From: Antedon mediterranea
Lineage: Eukaryota; Animalia; Echinodermata
NCBI RefSeq assembly: GCF_964355755.1
Contig: NC_092672.1
Coordinates: 30,076,437-30,140,436 of the forward strand
DNA length: 64,000 nt
Direction: 5' to 3'
Under the pieces are notes generated by a model. It saw nothing but the letters and a program-made list of their open reading frames with translations. It was not told the DNA's origin and searched no databases. The first letter of the stretch is position 1; each line of letters opens with the position of its first letter. Both the position numbers and the translations under genes were made by a program. Below are positions 1 through 13,600 of the stretch, piece by piece.

Positions 1-761
1 TGATTTGTTTGTTATCTGACTGGCTTAAGACTTAAGAGCTACTACAGTAGGCCTGATTATTCCATACTGTGCTGGCCTAAAGTGGGGCCCTTTTTTTAAA
101 CTGTTGAACCTACACTGTATACTATACAATAGATCTATCAAAATAGAAGAAAACATCTGTTGTATAAATCATTTTAAACAACATCTCTCATAACTCCCCA
201 AAAATTAATTATTGATTTTTGTTTTATACATACTGAACTGCCCTGGGAACTATTAGCTATAGATAGATATAGATAAAACTGAGGGCAGTAGACACTTTTG
301 TTGCTTTGCAGCCGGTGACGACAACATCATTGGATTTTGAACAATCTTTTTCTCATTCATACACAGTAATATGAAAAACCTTGGCATCTGATTGGTTAAT
401 TTTGTATCACATGCGGTTCTATTCCATGGCGAACGTTCTATAATTTAAGGGAGCGTGTCAAAATCATTTTTTCGCATGTACCGCATTACATTACAACGCG
501 GTAGCTGCGTTATGAAGGTCATCTTTCGTTAATGAGGTGGCTTGTACTATGTAGTTGTGCTCAATGAAACCTACTGTATTACCAATAGTATGGCAGGTTT
601 TTCACGTCCAAAATCAAAGCCCAGATTGACTCTGCCTCATTTAATAGAACAGTTTGTTAGTTTCCCTCTTCAACTTATTATAAAACATTCATCATTGTAC
701 TACAATACTGTACCATTACCAAAAGTTGCATACAAAAAGTTTCAACAAGCTTCCAGTATCA

Positions 762-3119
762 GGGCCTGTTTCTGCTGAGCAGAAATAATCGATTATTAAC
801 CGTTTATTTTTTTAATCGATTATTTTTGGGCAGCAGAAACGGCGCAAAATAAAATAACCGATTAAAAATAACCGATTAAAAACACTCAATCCATTGCGTG
901 TTTTAATCGATTATTTCTTGTTTTAACCGATTATTGCGGAGCAGTTTTGAGCTGCAACACAAATAGCGATTATTGACCTCACTTTGACCTCTAGAGTATG
1001 ACAAACTTATTCACGTAACAAAGCATGCTGTTTTGCGCGATATCGACGACGATCAGCAAAACCACGATCGCGATGTATACCGAATAACAATCACAGAGGT
1101 CCCAACTTGGGAAAGTCCATTCGCAGGAGATTTTGTCGTGAACCACATTCAATTCGTCGGGGCGTCGAAAGTCAACGCACGGGGAATCGAAAATCAACAC
1201 GCGTGTCGTTTACGTCTCCTAATTAACTAAATATGTTACATACAATATATACAATATTTACACATAAGTTGGTTTAATTTTTACATAGGTTTATCCATCA
1301 TTATTTTTACATTCTTATTTTTTTTATGGACACATCCTCAGTACAAAGAATTTAAAAAATAAATACTGTATTTTAACTAAAATTCAGTATATAAAATAAT
1401 TTAACTTAATTACATAATGTACAATATTTACACGTGATAGTATTGCCCAATAGAATTTACTCATTATTTTTAGGCACAGGCCTAGCATAGGGCTTCTACT
1501 AGCTAGGCCCTAGCTAGCTACCATTTTAAAACCCCAAAACAATCGAAATAAACTATTCCGAATCCGTCTTATGCTACACGAGTTAACATATTATTTCAGA
1601 TGACAAACATTGAGTTTTATATTGTTTTATCCATACGTAATTACACTGGCATTAAAGATATAACATTAAATAAAATGTAGGCCGTTTATGAGCTATTTCG
1701 CCGATTTCTTATCGCTGGGAAATTCCCCACCATCGACATCGATCGAGGAGTAGGCTAGAATAGAATAGAGGCCTAGCGTGCATGCCGGAACGGGTGGATT
1801 ATTGCTATATAAATAACAAGTTTGAACAAAAGAGCTTACGACAATCTTAGGTAAAGTTTTATTAAACGTAGGCCTACTTGCTTGGCGAATCCATATGCCT
1901 TTTAAATCATTTTAACATGATCGTATTATCGGATCGTACAGTAAAATCACCTTCATGGATGGTAAAACCAAATAAAACACCGCCTCAACAACCTCGTGCG
2001 ATGTGCGACCTGTTGTTCTTTGCAGCGGATCAACATTGGTAGAGTCCATTAATTATGAGGGTGTTTAAAAATGTAATAACTATTAAAAACGTGTCTCAAC
2101 CACTGTATAATCAAAGCGTTTATTTAGTTAAAACTTGGATCCTCCCACAATTGATAATCGCGTATTCCGGTTACCACGTGATTGATTCACGGTTGGTTGC
2201 ACGCTTTTTTTTTTCTACGTCCGGCGTGTAGTACCGTGCGGTACGCGAATGTTTATATTATTGTTACAGTGGCAGTGCATACAAATAAAAATACAATAAT
2301 AGACCACGGAGACTGCATGAATAGACATTGTTTCAACATCCTGCCTCACTTTTGTATTGACTATTGTTGACCTGGGCTGAGCCTGGGCGTAACCGTAAAT
2401 CAATTTGGCCAAAAATATGGGAAAATTTGAAAATGCGGTAAAAAATTCAAAATGCGGTAGAAAACGTCGAGATCGCGGTAGCGCGGTAGATGGGTACTAA
2501 AAGCGGTAGACTACCGCGAGTAGCGGTAGACTTGGGACCCCTGCAATCAAATGTTAAACATTTGATTTGTATTATTTTGTGGGGGAGAATTATACCGAGA
2601 GACTCCAGGATTCTGTGTTACAAGTACACCCGTTACATACCACCAGTCCAGGCTAACGATGTTTTACATGTCATTTTTTAGGCCTGTTGTCTGTTGACTT
2701 GTTTTGGTAGAAATATATAGCCTATAGGCCTAGCAGGCCGAAGGTAGAACCAACGAACGGCGAAACGAACTTTTTTCGCCGACGTGTCCTTATTAATATA
2801 ACATCATTATTCTGTTGTATGTGGTACGGTAGTAGGCCTAGATGTTTATTTTACAAATAATATAGCTTTACGTAAGAGTAATTTTTAATCCTACATGTGA
2901 GAGTTTTAGGCAGCGATACGATGTTAAAACAAACCAACTCTCATCGGCCTTTCATAACTTGAACTCCGCTGTGGGGGAATGATGACGTGATTTTAAAAAC
3001 CGATTACCTGAATAACCGATTAAAGTCGTAGCAATTTTCAATTGCAACGCGATTATTTTTGTGGTTTGCGGTGATTGGAAAAAATCGATTATTTTGATTT
3101 TTTCAGCAGAAACAGACCC
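762..3119. mobile_element. Non-autonomous PIF/Harbinger-like DNA transposon (about 2.36 kb) containing a nested element
   Basis: TIRs GGGCCTGTTTCTGCTGA (762) and TCAGCAGAAACAGACCC (3119). A 3-bp direct repeat TCA lies on both flanks (759-761, 3120-3122). Subterminal AATCGATTATT/AATAACCGATTAA motifs recur at both ends. No transposase ORF. Confidence 0.75.
1094..2543. mobile_element. Nested non-autonomous hAT-like element with 6-bp TSD
   Basis: Left end CAGAGGTCCCAACT; right end reverse-complements to CAGGGGTCCCAAGT. Flanking direct repeat CAATCA (1088-1093, 2544-2549). Clustered GCGGTAG subterminal repeats at about 2434-2530. Confidence 0.7.
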
Positions 3120-4610
3120 TCAGAACATGACATGACATGACATTCATGATAATAATAATGGAAAGTGAAACTTATTAATACTGTACTTTTGTTATAATTT
3201 ATTAACAATATTAGTCATAAACATTGATACTACAGAAGACTATTTTTAGTTATTGTTTATATAATAACCAAGCAAAATCATTCACTATCCTTCTATTCTT
3301 AAAAGTGGCAATTGTGTTCACAAGACAAACGTACTGTACACACAATATGCTATACATAAACAAAGTCCTATTAGTATTACACAGTCTTTTGGAGTGGAGA
3401 GTACGTTTTAATCATAGTAAACTTTTGTATGATAGTCTATAGATTTGACAAGAAATTTATTAACAGTTTTAGGATTGTATTCAATAAGGATGTCATTATT
3501 CAGTGGAGTATTTCCTCTAAACACTTTATAGTATTATTTTTAGTAGGATATGAATGAATGTGTGTCGGTTGATTCCCAATTCGTAGTAAATTCTGCAGGT
3601 TTTCTTTCGTCCATCAAAAAAACTGTTTCATAATTATAATTTGGTTACTTATTTTTTTTCAAGTATTATTGTTTATTTATTTATGAGACCTGACTTGCAA
3701 ATAAGTGATTGAGAATAAATTAGTAATAACTAATGCAGCAGAAATGGTACACATTTCGAACAATAAGGAGCATTCAACGTGTGAACGTTGCTTCCAACCT
3801 CGACACTGGTTTGATGGTTGTAGGTTCAGACGATGACCAATGACACATCAATTGACCTGACCTAGTTCGGTCATCGCAAATTGAAAGCTCCCTAATAAGG
3901 CCTGGTTCACGTCCGTCTGTAATCCAGATCGAGAGCTATTCAATAACTATTCCGATTACAGTCTGTATGTATGTGTCTACAGTACATGGTAGGCCTAGTG
4001 TACACTAATATGTATGGGTTTGACATTATGACATGTTGCTACTGTGTCAAACACGATGATGATGATGATGAACCACACTAATTGGTTTGCTCTGGATGGT
4101 GTCGCTGGTGAATCAGTCATATTATCAGAATTAGTAAAAGGTGTTCACTTGAATGAATGAAGAATGCTTTTTGCATCAGTTGGTCTGAAGAAAAAAAGTT
4201 GTGTAATAAACAATTGGGATTAAATCGAAACAACATGAATACATCAGGAAAAAAAAAAACATTTGAAATATGAGATAGTTGAAACATCAGATTGGTCTTA
4301 CTTAGCCATATTTTACATACAATAGAAATAAATGAACTATATAGCTGATAACCTTTCACCTGCCCAACCCCAATGTAGGTATTTCCACACCTGTCCCAAA
4401 TGGGTTTTATTTAGTTTTTAAAAAATCAACTTGAGTATTAAGAGTAAAGGAATTCAATTTGTAAACAACTATGGGACAATATAATATTAAATTGATTCTT
4501 TTAAACTTTTATTGATGGTTGTAAAACATTTTTTTTTGTGTAAAATTTGCAGGTTAAAATTTATGTGGATGGTTTAACAGTTGGCAGTGTCTGAGGTAGG
4601 TGAATAGAGG

Positions 4611-7600
4611 ATGGATCATCGAAACGATACAAATAACTCTGCTGCCACATATACACGCTTCTCTGGTGGCGGGGATGAGGAACTAGAAACGGGCGTGTAT
4701 ACTTTGGAGAATGAAGTTAGTCTACCAAACGGAAGTCCTAGCCGACCTCGTTTGATGTGGTGTTCGAACAATCGACGCATCTTGCTGGCCGGTTTTACGA
4801 TCTTCTTGATTTTCTGTTTCGGTTTTATTTTTGGATATTTGGTACGGAGAAGTGTTCACAGTTATGGGAGCACATGTCCGGAAAATGGAACGAATAAAAA
4901 CCAGACGGATGGGACGGGAACGACTGTGGCTACTCCAACAACAGACGAGATTCTTAGTAATATCAGTTCTTTGATATCAAAAACTCTAATGACTGACAAT
5001 AGAAGGTATGATATTGTTTTTACTGTAGAAATAGGATGCGCTCATGCTTTTAGTTAAGGAGCCTTTATGTCTACATGGAATTCAACTCAACTGAAAGGAA
5101 CTAGTTGCGCGAGAGAGCTTATGTCAGCATTTTGAAAAACTGAACGAAACTGAACTGAAAGGAACCAGTGTGCAAGCAAGTACTTATGTCGACACTGGAA
5201 CCGATTGTAACTAGTCGTAGTCATAACGCGATTCGTAGTTGTATAGGAATACGTTAAAATAAACTGATTGCGGTTACCCATACCGCACATGAGACTCGAT
5301 TAGGGGTTTTCACTCACGGAAAAAATATAACATGGCAACATTATTTACCTGGGTAAATTTGATGATCTACACACCAAAAGTTAGCGAATGAAACCAACTT
5401 ACCCGAGTAAATAACTAAGCCTACACATGCATATTATAGTTATTCAATTAATATTGCCTTTTAGCTTTAATTTCCTGTCATTTTAAATGTGCAAATAATT
5501 TTTCTGACCATACCAACATAATCACTAAATGGTAACTAAATGTACATTAAAATTTTAAATAATTTAAATAATGTCAGTAAAATAAAGTGTTTAGATGTAT
5601 TATTGGTATTAAAAAATACAGAAATGCATTTTTTAAACAGAAAATTATTTCAAAGTTTTCTGTTCTGATATTTCAATTTCAAGGAAGTTTATAGGACAAA
5701 TTTGTTTACGTCATTAAACGATTATTATTTTTTGTTTACTGTTTTAGAAAATTCGGTGATGTGCAACATTTAGCAGCGTCAAATTGGAGCAATGCAATGG
5801 CCTCTGAAATACACAAGCAATGGACAGCCCTCGGATTCGAAACTACATTAAAAAAATATAATGTCACCTTGTCTACTCCAGGCTCGTAAGTGAAACAATA
5901 TTATATTAAAAATTCAGACTACAAAAGGAAAGATCATACTAGGAGGTTAATAGGTTTCTTGGTTTGGGTAATTTTTATAGAGGTCATCAATATTCATGAG
6001 GTCATTAATATTCATGAGGTCATCAAGTCATAGTCTTACCACACATTAGACTCTTTAGTTTAACATTGAAGTTTTTTTTTTCCAGAAACGTTCTCACTGT
6101 TACTGGTTTACCAGGCTTGGCAACGCCGTTGTACAGCTCTGACGTAGGAGTTTACACACCTTACAGTGTAAATATGTCAGCATCTGTAAGTATAATTATT
6201 CATAATAATACACAATATCCTTGAGATTTGATTGGTTGATTATGTATCGCCTGTCATGTATTATGTTGAAAAAGTGCATTTATTTTTATTATATAATAGC
6301 AGCAATTGTTATTTTTCTTGTAGGGTCAGCCAATATTTGTAAATTACGGACGTCATAAGGATTACACTCTTTTGACCGAGACTGCAAAATATCACTTTGA
6401 CCAGCATTCTATTGCATTGGCAAGGATGGGCAAGATGCCTCTATCTGTTATGGTATGTTTGCTGTTTACAAAAGGCCAACTCAGATAGCATCGTATGATG
6501 AGCCCTGACGAGACGTCTTGTCAGGATAAGATTAAACATGTTTTAAAGTTCTCACGACAACCTAAAAACTATGCCTGATGCTAACTCAAGACATCTCTTC
6601 TGGATTCAAGTCGGACAGCACCGACGAGTCAACGTTTTGTCAGGCCTCGTCGTACGATCTGAGTTGGCTTTAACCATTTGTAGCAAACTGTGCTAGAAAT
6701 GTACTTTTTATCCACTACCAAAATGAGCAACCCAAATAGAAGTTTGTATTAAGATATCTGCATAAAAAGGTTTAATTGTGTAAATGTTGGCTTGAACTTA
6801 TTGCATTGGAAGCAGAAAATATTTATAACATACTGTACAGTATACATCCAAAACAATATTTATATTTATTTGGTAATTTCTCGGCAAACAGCAAAATAGA
6901 ATAGATAAAATCTTAAACAATTAATTAATTTTACAAAAAGCTGAATAATTTTACAGGCTGAACTGGCAGATCACTTCTACTCTGTGCCTACTTTATTTAG
7001 ACAAAAAACTAACAAACAGCTATATTTTTTTTAATGGAGAGGGACCAAATATGGAATATGGCTGGACGAAACAGCCAAGCACACAATTAAATCTCTTTAA
7101 ATACTTTTTTGTTATCTAGGCAAAAATTGCTGAAGAAAATAACATAAAGGGAATGATGGTATTTGCTGATCCGACGGATTATGCTCCAAATGTTGATTAT
7201 ACAAATGAGAAAACAAAAACATCGCAAGTTTTTCCCAACACTTTAGGGTTGCCACAGCGGACCGTCGTCCAGGACACAATCCTGACCTCAATGGGAGATC
7301 CATTCTCTCCTGGTTTTGCTTCAGGTTTGAAATTTCATTTTTATTCAAGACTTTTTTTCCAATTGTTTATTATTATTATGAAATGATTTCATTTGGAATC
7401 TAATATTATAGAACAGAAATTTTTCTTTTTTTTGATCCAAAATATTAAAGTATTAAAAATGGTACTTACAATGATGTTTCACAAACAATCAGTTTCTTTC
7501 TCAAATAGATTGTTGATCTTACAGTCTTATTTGCATATTTTTGCAGGTGTTCATTTAGCATTTTTTTTTGCATGTACAATATGCTGTAAATTTCAAAACA

Positions 7601-10600
7601 AATAATTTCATTAATTATTTGAGAAATTTGCCAATACAATATGCAAATTCACCTTTCAATTTAGTACTGTTGAGAATGCTTAGATATGTTATATATTATA
7701 TTTAGCTCATTTGCATATTGTTACAGGTGTTCAGCAAATAACATTTAATCAGACAGGATTTGCAAAAATACCAGTTATATCGGTTGGTTATGAAATTGCA
7801 TATGCAATTATCAAGTAAGAATAATCAAGGCTATCTAACAACATGATACTGAAATCTGGAGATCAAAGGGTTTATCTGTGGCTGCCATAAGATCAGTTCC
7901 ACGCCCCTTAACAGGCACCATGTCCTGTTGTTAGATTGCCTTGGAATAATTAGGTTCTTGCTAAAACTCAAAGGCATGGTTATAATTTCATTTAAAAAGT
8001 TGGCTTTTTATAAGAATACTTATTTTATGTTAATTATTAATTTTAAAAATTATTTATAAAATTTGCAGTCGAGGCAGTTTCATTCAGTTAAAAGTAAATA
8101 GAAATATAATATTTATATTATCTGCGTGTTGGACAAATAAGTGCTTGATTCTCATTTCCAACATCATACCACTAGAAGTTAATTGTTCAATCTCGGCACT
8201 TCATTCTGAGGGGGAAAATGTATTTTATGACAATTATCCTTGAGGGAAATACAATCTTCAAATTTGAATTTTTGTTTTTTGTTATGACAGGAACATGCAA
8301 GCTGCTGCTCCTCCGAAAGACCAGTTCCCAGATTGGTCGGGAACTTTCGGAGATTATCACATAGAGGGCGGTACAACTCAGAATATAAATGTAGACTTGG
8401 ATGTTGACAACAAACTAGAGCAAAAGGAGATTACCAATGTTATTTCTACAATTGAAGGAACAGTACAACCAGGTGATTTTTTATTTTATGTACTTTATAT
8501 TGAGATGTTTTAAGCTCTGTCTACACTATTAAAAAAATGTGATGTGCCCATATATGGACATGATGATGTTATATCACTACCATATTTGGGCACAAACTAG
8601 TTTGATAGTGTAGACAGAGCTTTAGGTGGGTATCTCCTTTATGGTCAAACTACTCTTACTTTACCAAGATGACGAAGATGTTTAAATAATTGACTAGAGA
8701 GCAACCTAATGCTAAAGTGATGCCAACAGGACTGTGGCTAAGTGACTGCCGTATATTACTATCTTCTGGGCTAATGTGATTCAGCCATATCAGGTGACCA
8801 CTATCCAAATTCCATAACGACTCAACCTGTTTGGACAACCAAATATTAAAATCATCTTAACTTGGTTCAGGTAACCAGCTACATAGAGACATCTGGTATC
8901 CATTGACATAAAGTTGGCATTAGATTAATTTAATTGTACACAATAGAGAGAAATGGCGAACCGCGATGACGTCACTCAAATTTCACCGAGTGGGTATAGA
9001 TTGTAAACAAACCATTTCGCCACATGTTTTTGTATGGGAAGTTCCGATGGGTTGAGTTAAAAAGGAAGGTAGAAAAGAACGTTTAAAACACACATAATAG
9101 CAGTATCTTTTTTTTGCAACACCCTTAACAATTTTAATGTTATATGGGCAAATCTTAACATATTTTATTTTAATTTGGATTGAATTAAGACCCCTTTTTG
9201 TTATATACTGTACCCAGCTCTAGGCCCTAGTAGAGATAGTTGGCCTGTATGCTGTAGTACCTCGAGCCTAGCACGGATTATCGGTTATTATAATACTGTA
9301 GTAATAATAATAAGTTATTGCATACTGTACTACTACTACTACTACTTTAGCTAGGGTGCTGCTAGGCCTCTCCTAGCTAGGTAGTAAGACTAAATAGAGC
9401 ATCTCTAGTAGATGTAGGCCTAGCATTAGTTTCAGCTTGACAACTGCCATTTTGTTATGTGGCTAGTGATGCTTCCTGCATGGGGGAGGGGGGGGGGATA
9501 CCGCCAGTAATGAATACTTGATAACACCATTCTACTATAATACAATAGGCCTAGTCTAATGTAGACCTACAGATATGAGATATTTTTAGGAATATGATTG
9601 TGAATGATGGATGACTTTTATACATATTTCATTGTTTTATTGTGTAAATACACAAATACAACAAGAATTATGATGAGTGTTACAGCAACAACATTGGTTA
9701 GACGACGCCATGATTCACGTGTATAAACATAGGAAATGTGTCGCCCTCAACGGTTTGTTATGATTTTATACCCACTCGGATTTTAGACGTCGGTTCGCCA
9801 TTTCTCTCTATTGTTTGGGTTTGTTTTTTTGAAAGTGACATACTACAGACATTGCAATAAGTTACACAACGTGCTTCCTTGATATTTTATTTATTGCGAC
9901 TTGCATTTCTGTTTCGTTATAGATCAATATGTGATAATTGGCGGTCATCGTGACTCTGTTAGCGTTGGTGCCAGTTCACCTGGCACTGGATTAGTGTGCC
10001 TTTTGGAAGTGGCTCGTCTCTTGCATTTCTTGATAGATAATCGTGGTATGTATTTTTACTACGTATTGTTGTTTTTTGTTTTTATTTTGTACACTTTCTA
10101 CTTTTATTGTTGTTTGTTTAGTAATTTTAAAGCTCGGGTACAGGCATGAATTTTAAGTATAATATTTGGTTAATTGTACTAAAATCAAATACTGGTATGT
10201 ATATACCATAACTAAATAAACTAATTTTTTTTGTCAGCTGTTTAAAATATTTTCTTAACTTGTTGCAGGCTAAATGTTAACAAACTGTATTACTGTATGT
10301 TGTATTGTTATTATGTTTTTGAGTAAAGATAACAATTTTAATTAAGAAGGTAAAATTTAACATTTAGTTTATTTTGATTCATTTACTGGTCACTTTTTTA
10401 CATACTGTATACAATATCAAAAATACATTGCAAAATCAAAAATATTAGTACTTGTGTAACTATTACTATATAAAACTTAGGTTGGAAGCCATACCGTAGC
10501 ATCATGCTAGTCAGCTGGGATGCTGGTGGATCAGGCCAGATTGGCTCAACAGAATGGGTGGAGGAGAACCTGAGCCTACTGAAGAAGAGTGTTGTTGCAT

Positions 10601-13600
10601 ACATCAACTTGGACAATGCTGTCCCCGGCAATTATTCATTTGATGCCTCAGGCTCACCACTTCTGTCAAATGTCGTGTATGAAGCAAGTAAAAATGTAAG
10701 TTGGTGAGGCGTAGTTTTGTTTGTTTGGGAGAGGCTAGTTTAGCATATAAGCTCAGGAGTTGTGGCCTGATGGTTATGATGCTTGGCTGCCAATCCAAGG
10801 GTCCTGGGTTCAAGTCCTGTCATATGTCAGGATTTTTTCTAATGACAATTTACAACTCCACTCCCAAAGACTTGTAATAAAGACTTTGTTTATGTAGAGC
10901 ATTGTGTGTATATGTTTGTCTCGTGAACGGATTGCCACCTTTAAGAAGGATAGTGATTGAATTTGCTTATGGTTATCCTTGGCAATTTGCCTAAATATAT
11001 AAAATAAATAAATAAAAATAAATAAATAAAAATAAATAAATAAAAATCACTGCCTTCCTAGGAGAAAAATGTTCTTGTAGTTGTATAATATAAAGCTCTG
11101 TCTACACTATCATCAAACTAGTCTGACAAAATGATGTGCCAAATATGGTAGTGATATGATGTCATCGTGTCCATATATGGTCACATCACATTTTTTTTTT
11201 GTTACATAAAGTTGCATAGTGTAAACAGAGTTTAACAATGGTACAGTAATTTTTAAAATATTTATTTTTTTTTTGCAGGTGAAATGTCCAAGTCATGAAA
11301 AAATGAGCATTTATAAAGACTGGATGAACAATGCGGTAGATAAAACACTGGATAAGACAAACCCAAGGTACTGTATATGTTGTGACAGAGTTTTCCTACA
11401 AAATAATGTTTTTTAGACAAATTTCTATGATCCATCTGAACACCAAGTGCTTGGACATTCGCTGCCTTTTTTACACGTCACACAGTTGGCTCACAGAGGG
11501 GTAATACAAATACATTAGACTATAATTGTACTTGTATCGGATTGAATATTTTCAATAATCATCAATTGGTAATAATTAGATTGACTATTTGTGTTATTAT
11601 AGCTTCTGTTCCAACTGCAACCTTTTAAAGTAATTGGTTCTTTTTCAGCTTGAGTATTCCTGGTAGTGGGTCAGATGACAGTCCTTTCTTTCATCTGGTT
11701 GGAGTTCCTACAATATCACCTAGTTACACCTATAATAAGGTCAGATATGGTGCATACTTCAACTCAACCAATTAATGATGTATTGTCCCCCAAAACATGA
11801 ACAATAAAGATGAATATCAAACTTTAAATAGGCCATTTTGTAGTGTTCTGATAATTCTACAGTAAGGGATCCTCTTCCATTGTTCTGATAATTTCACAGT
11901 AGGAGACCCTCTTCTAGCGTGCTGATAATTTTACAGTAGAGATCCTCTTCTAGTGTGCTGAACGTTCTACAGTAGGTAATATGCTTCCATTGTACTGATA
12001 ACTTTAGATTAGGGGATCCTCATCTTATTTGCTGATCATTTTGAGGGGATCCTCTTTTAATGTGCTGATAATTTTACAGTAAGGGATCCCCTTCTAGTGT
12101 GCTGATAATTTTATAGTAGTTTATCCTTTTCCATAGTGCTGATAATTTTACAGGGATCATCTTCTGATGTTGTGATAATTGTACCATTACCAGTCATTTT
12201 TTATCCTCTACAGAGAAACATAAGAGTTGATAAGCTACCCATATACAACACAAAATTGGATACGTCTCGACTCATCAACATGACAGATGCTTCTCTTGAA
12301 TACCATGAAGCTGTCGTCAAAGTGACACTCAGAATTTTGTACGAGATTGCCGATAAACCTGTGTTACCATTCTCAGTTGTCAACTATGCTGATGTACTTC
12401 TTCAAGGCTTACAACTACTCCAAACTTCAAACAACCAAAAGTATTCTGGCCTAGGTAAGGATATACTACTTTTCCTGTTAAGCAACCCTCTGTCAAAGGA
12501 CACCCATATTAAGGGATATTTCTATTAAGGGACACCCATATTAAGAGATACTTCTATTAAGGGACACCCCTATTAAGGAATACTTCTATAAAGGGACACC
12601 CCTATTAAGGGACACCTGTTAAGGGACACCCATATTAAGGGATACTTCTATTAAGGGACACCCCTATTAAGAGATACTTCTATTAAGGGACACCCCTATT
12701 AAAGGACACCTATTAAGGAACACCTGTTAAGGGACACCTCTATTAAGGGACACCTCTATTAAGGGACACCCATATTAAGGGACACCTCTATTAAGGGACA
12801 CCCATATTAAGGGATATTTCTATTAAGGAACACCCCTATTAAGGGACACACCTGTTACGGGGCACATAGCAGAGGCCTCTTTGATTGTCATTATTATTAA
12901 ACTTCATAGTAGCATTGTAATGTGGTTGTTTTTTGTCTTTTATGGGTTCTTCCCACTTTTATTTCTTCAAAATAATGTAGCTCATAAATAAATACAGAAT
13001 TATTGCACAATTAATAGTGTACACTAAAGTTTATCATAAAAATGTTACATTAAGATGAAAAATTTACACAAAAATATACTGATTGTGGTTGTTAGTAAAT
13101 ATTGTTTGTATTGTAGTTTAAGAGAACGCACCTTTATGCTGAATTGTGCCGCTGTTACAGAAGCATATGTTCAAAGAATTATTATTATATCATTATTGAT
13201 TTTTGTTTTCTTAGATCAACTAGAAACTGGTATCAACAACTTCAGAGCTAGTGCAGTGGAATTTACAGAAAAGGTTGATGATGCCATCAAAAATGCTAAT
13301 ACTGATTTGTAAGTCTTATTTTGCACACACAACTAACGTTGCAATTTATAGACTTCGTCGATTCCAGTGTGTCTGGAAAAATATCAATATTCGTTTAGTA
13401 TAGGCAAATTCCTAAATATAGTGTAACTTTACTTTAAAAGTGATTGCCATGATAAAGTTGTAACATGTGACAAACATATGATGCTATATCACTTTCCTAA
13501 TATACTGAGCAAACTAAAATACAATGTGGCAGTATTTGTGTGCAGGCTTAGCCTAAAAATAGATAAACTTTACATGACAACTCTTTCCTATCCATCCACC

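Noticed and set aside
4576-4596. Iron-responsive element in the 5' UTR of the TfR-like gene (CAGTGT loop)
   Set aside because: The upper stem has two G-U pairs and a G-G mismatch, and the bulged C is missing. CAGTG hits I noticed downstream of the stop (about 19061, 19707, 20012, 20314) also lack the IRE stem.
10756-10835. tRNA gene
   Set aside because: A and B boxes are present, but there is no convincing cloverleaf and it is followed by a SINE body and A-rich tail.
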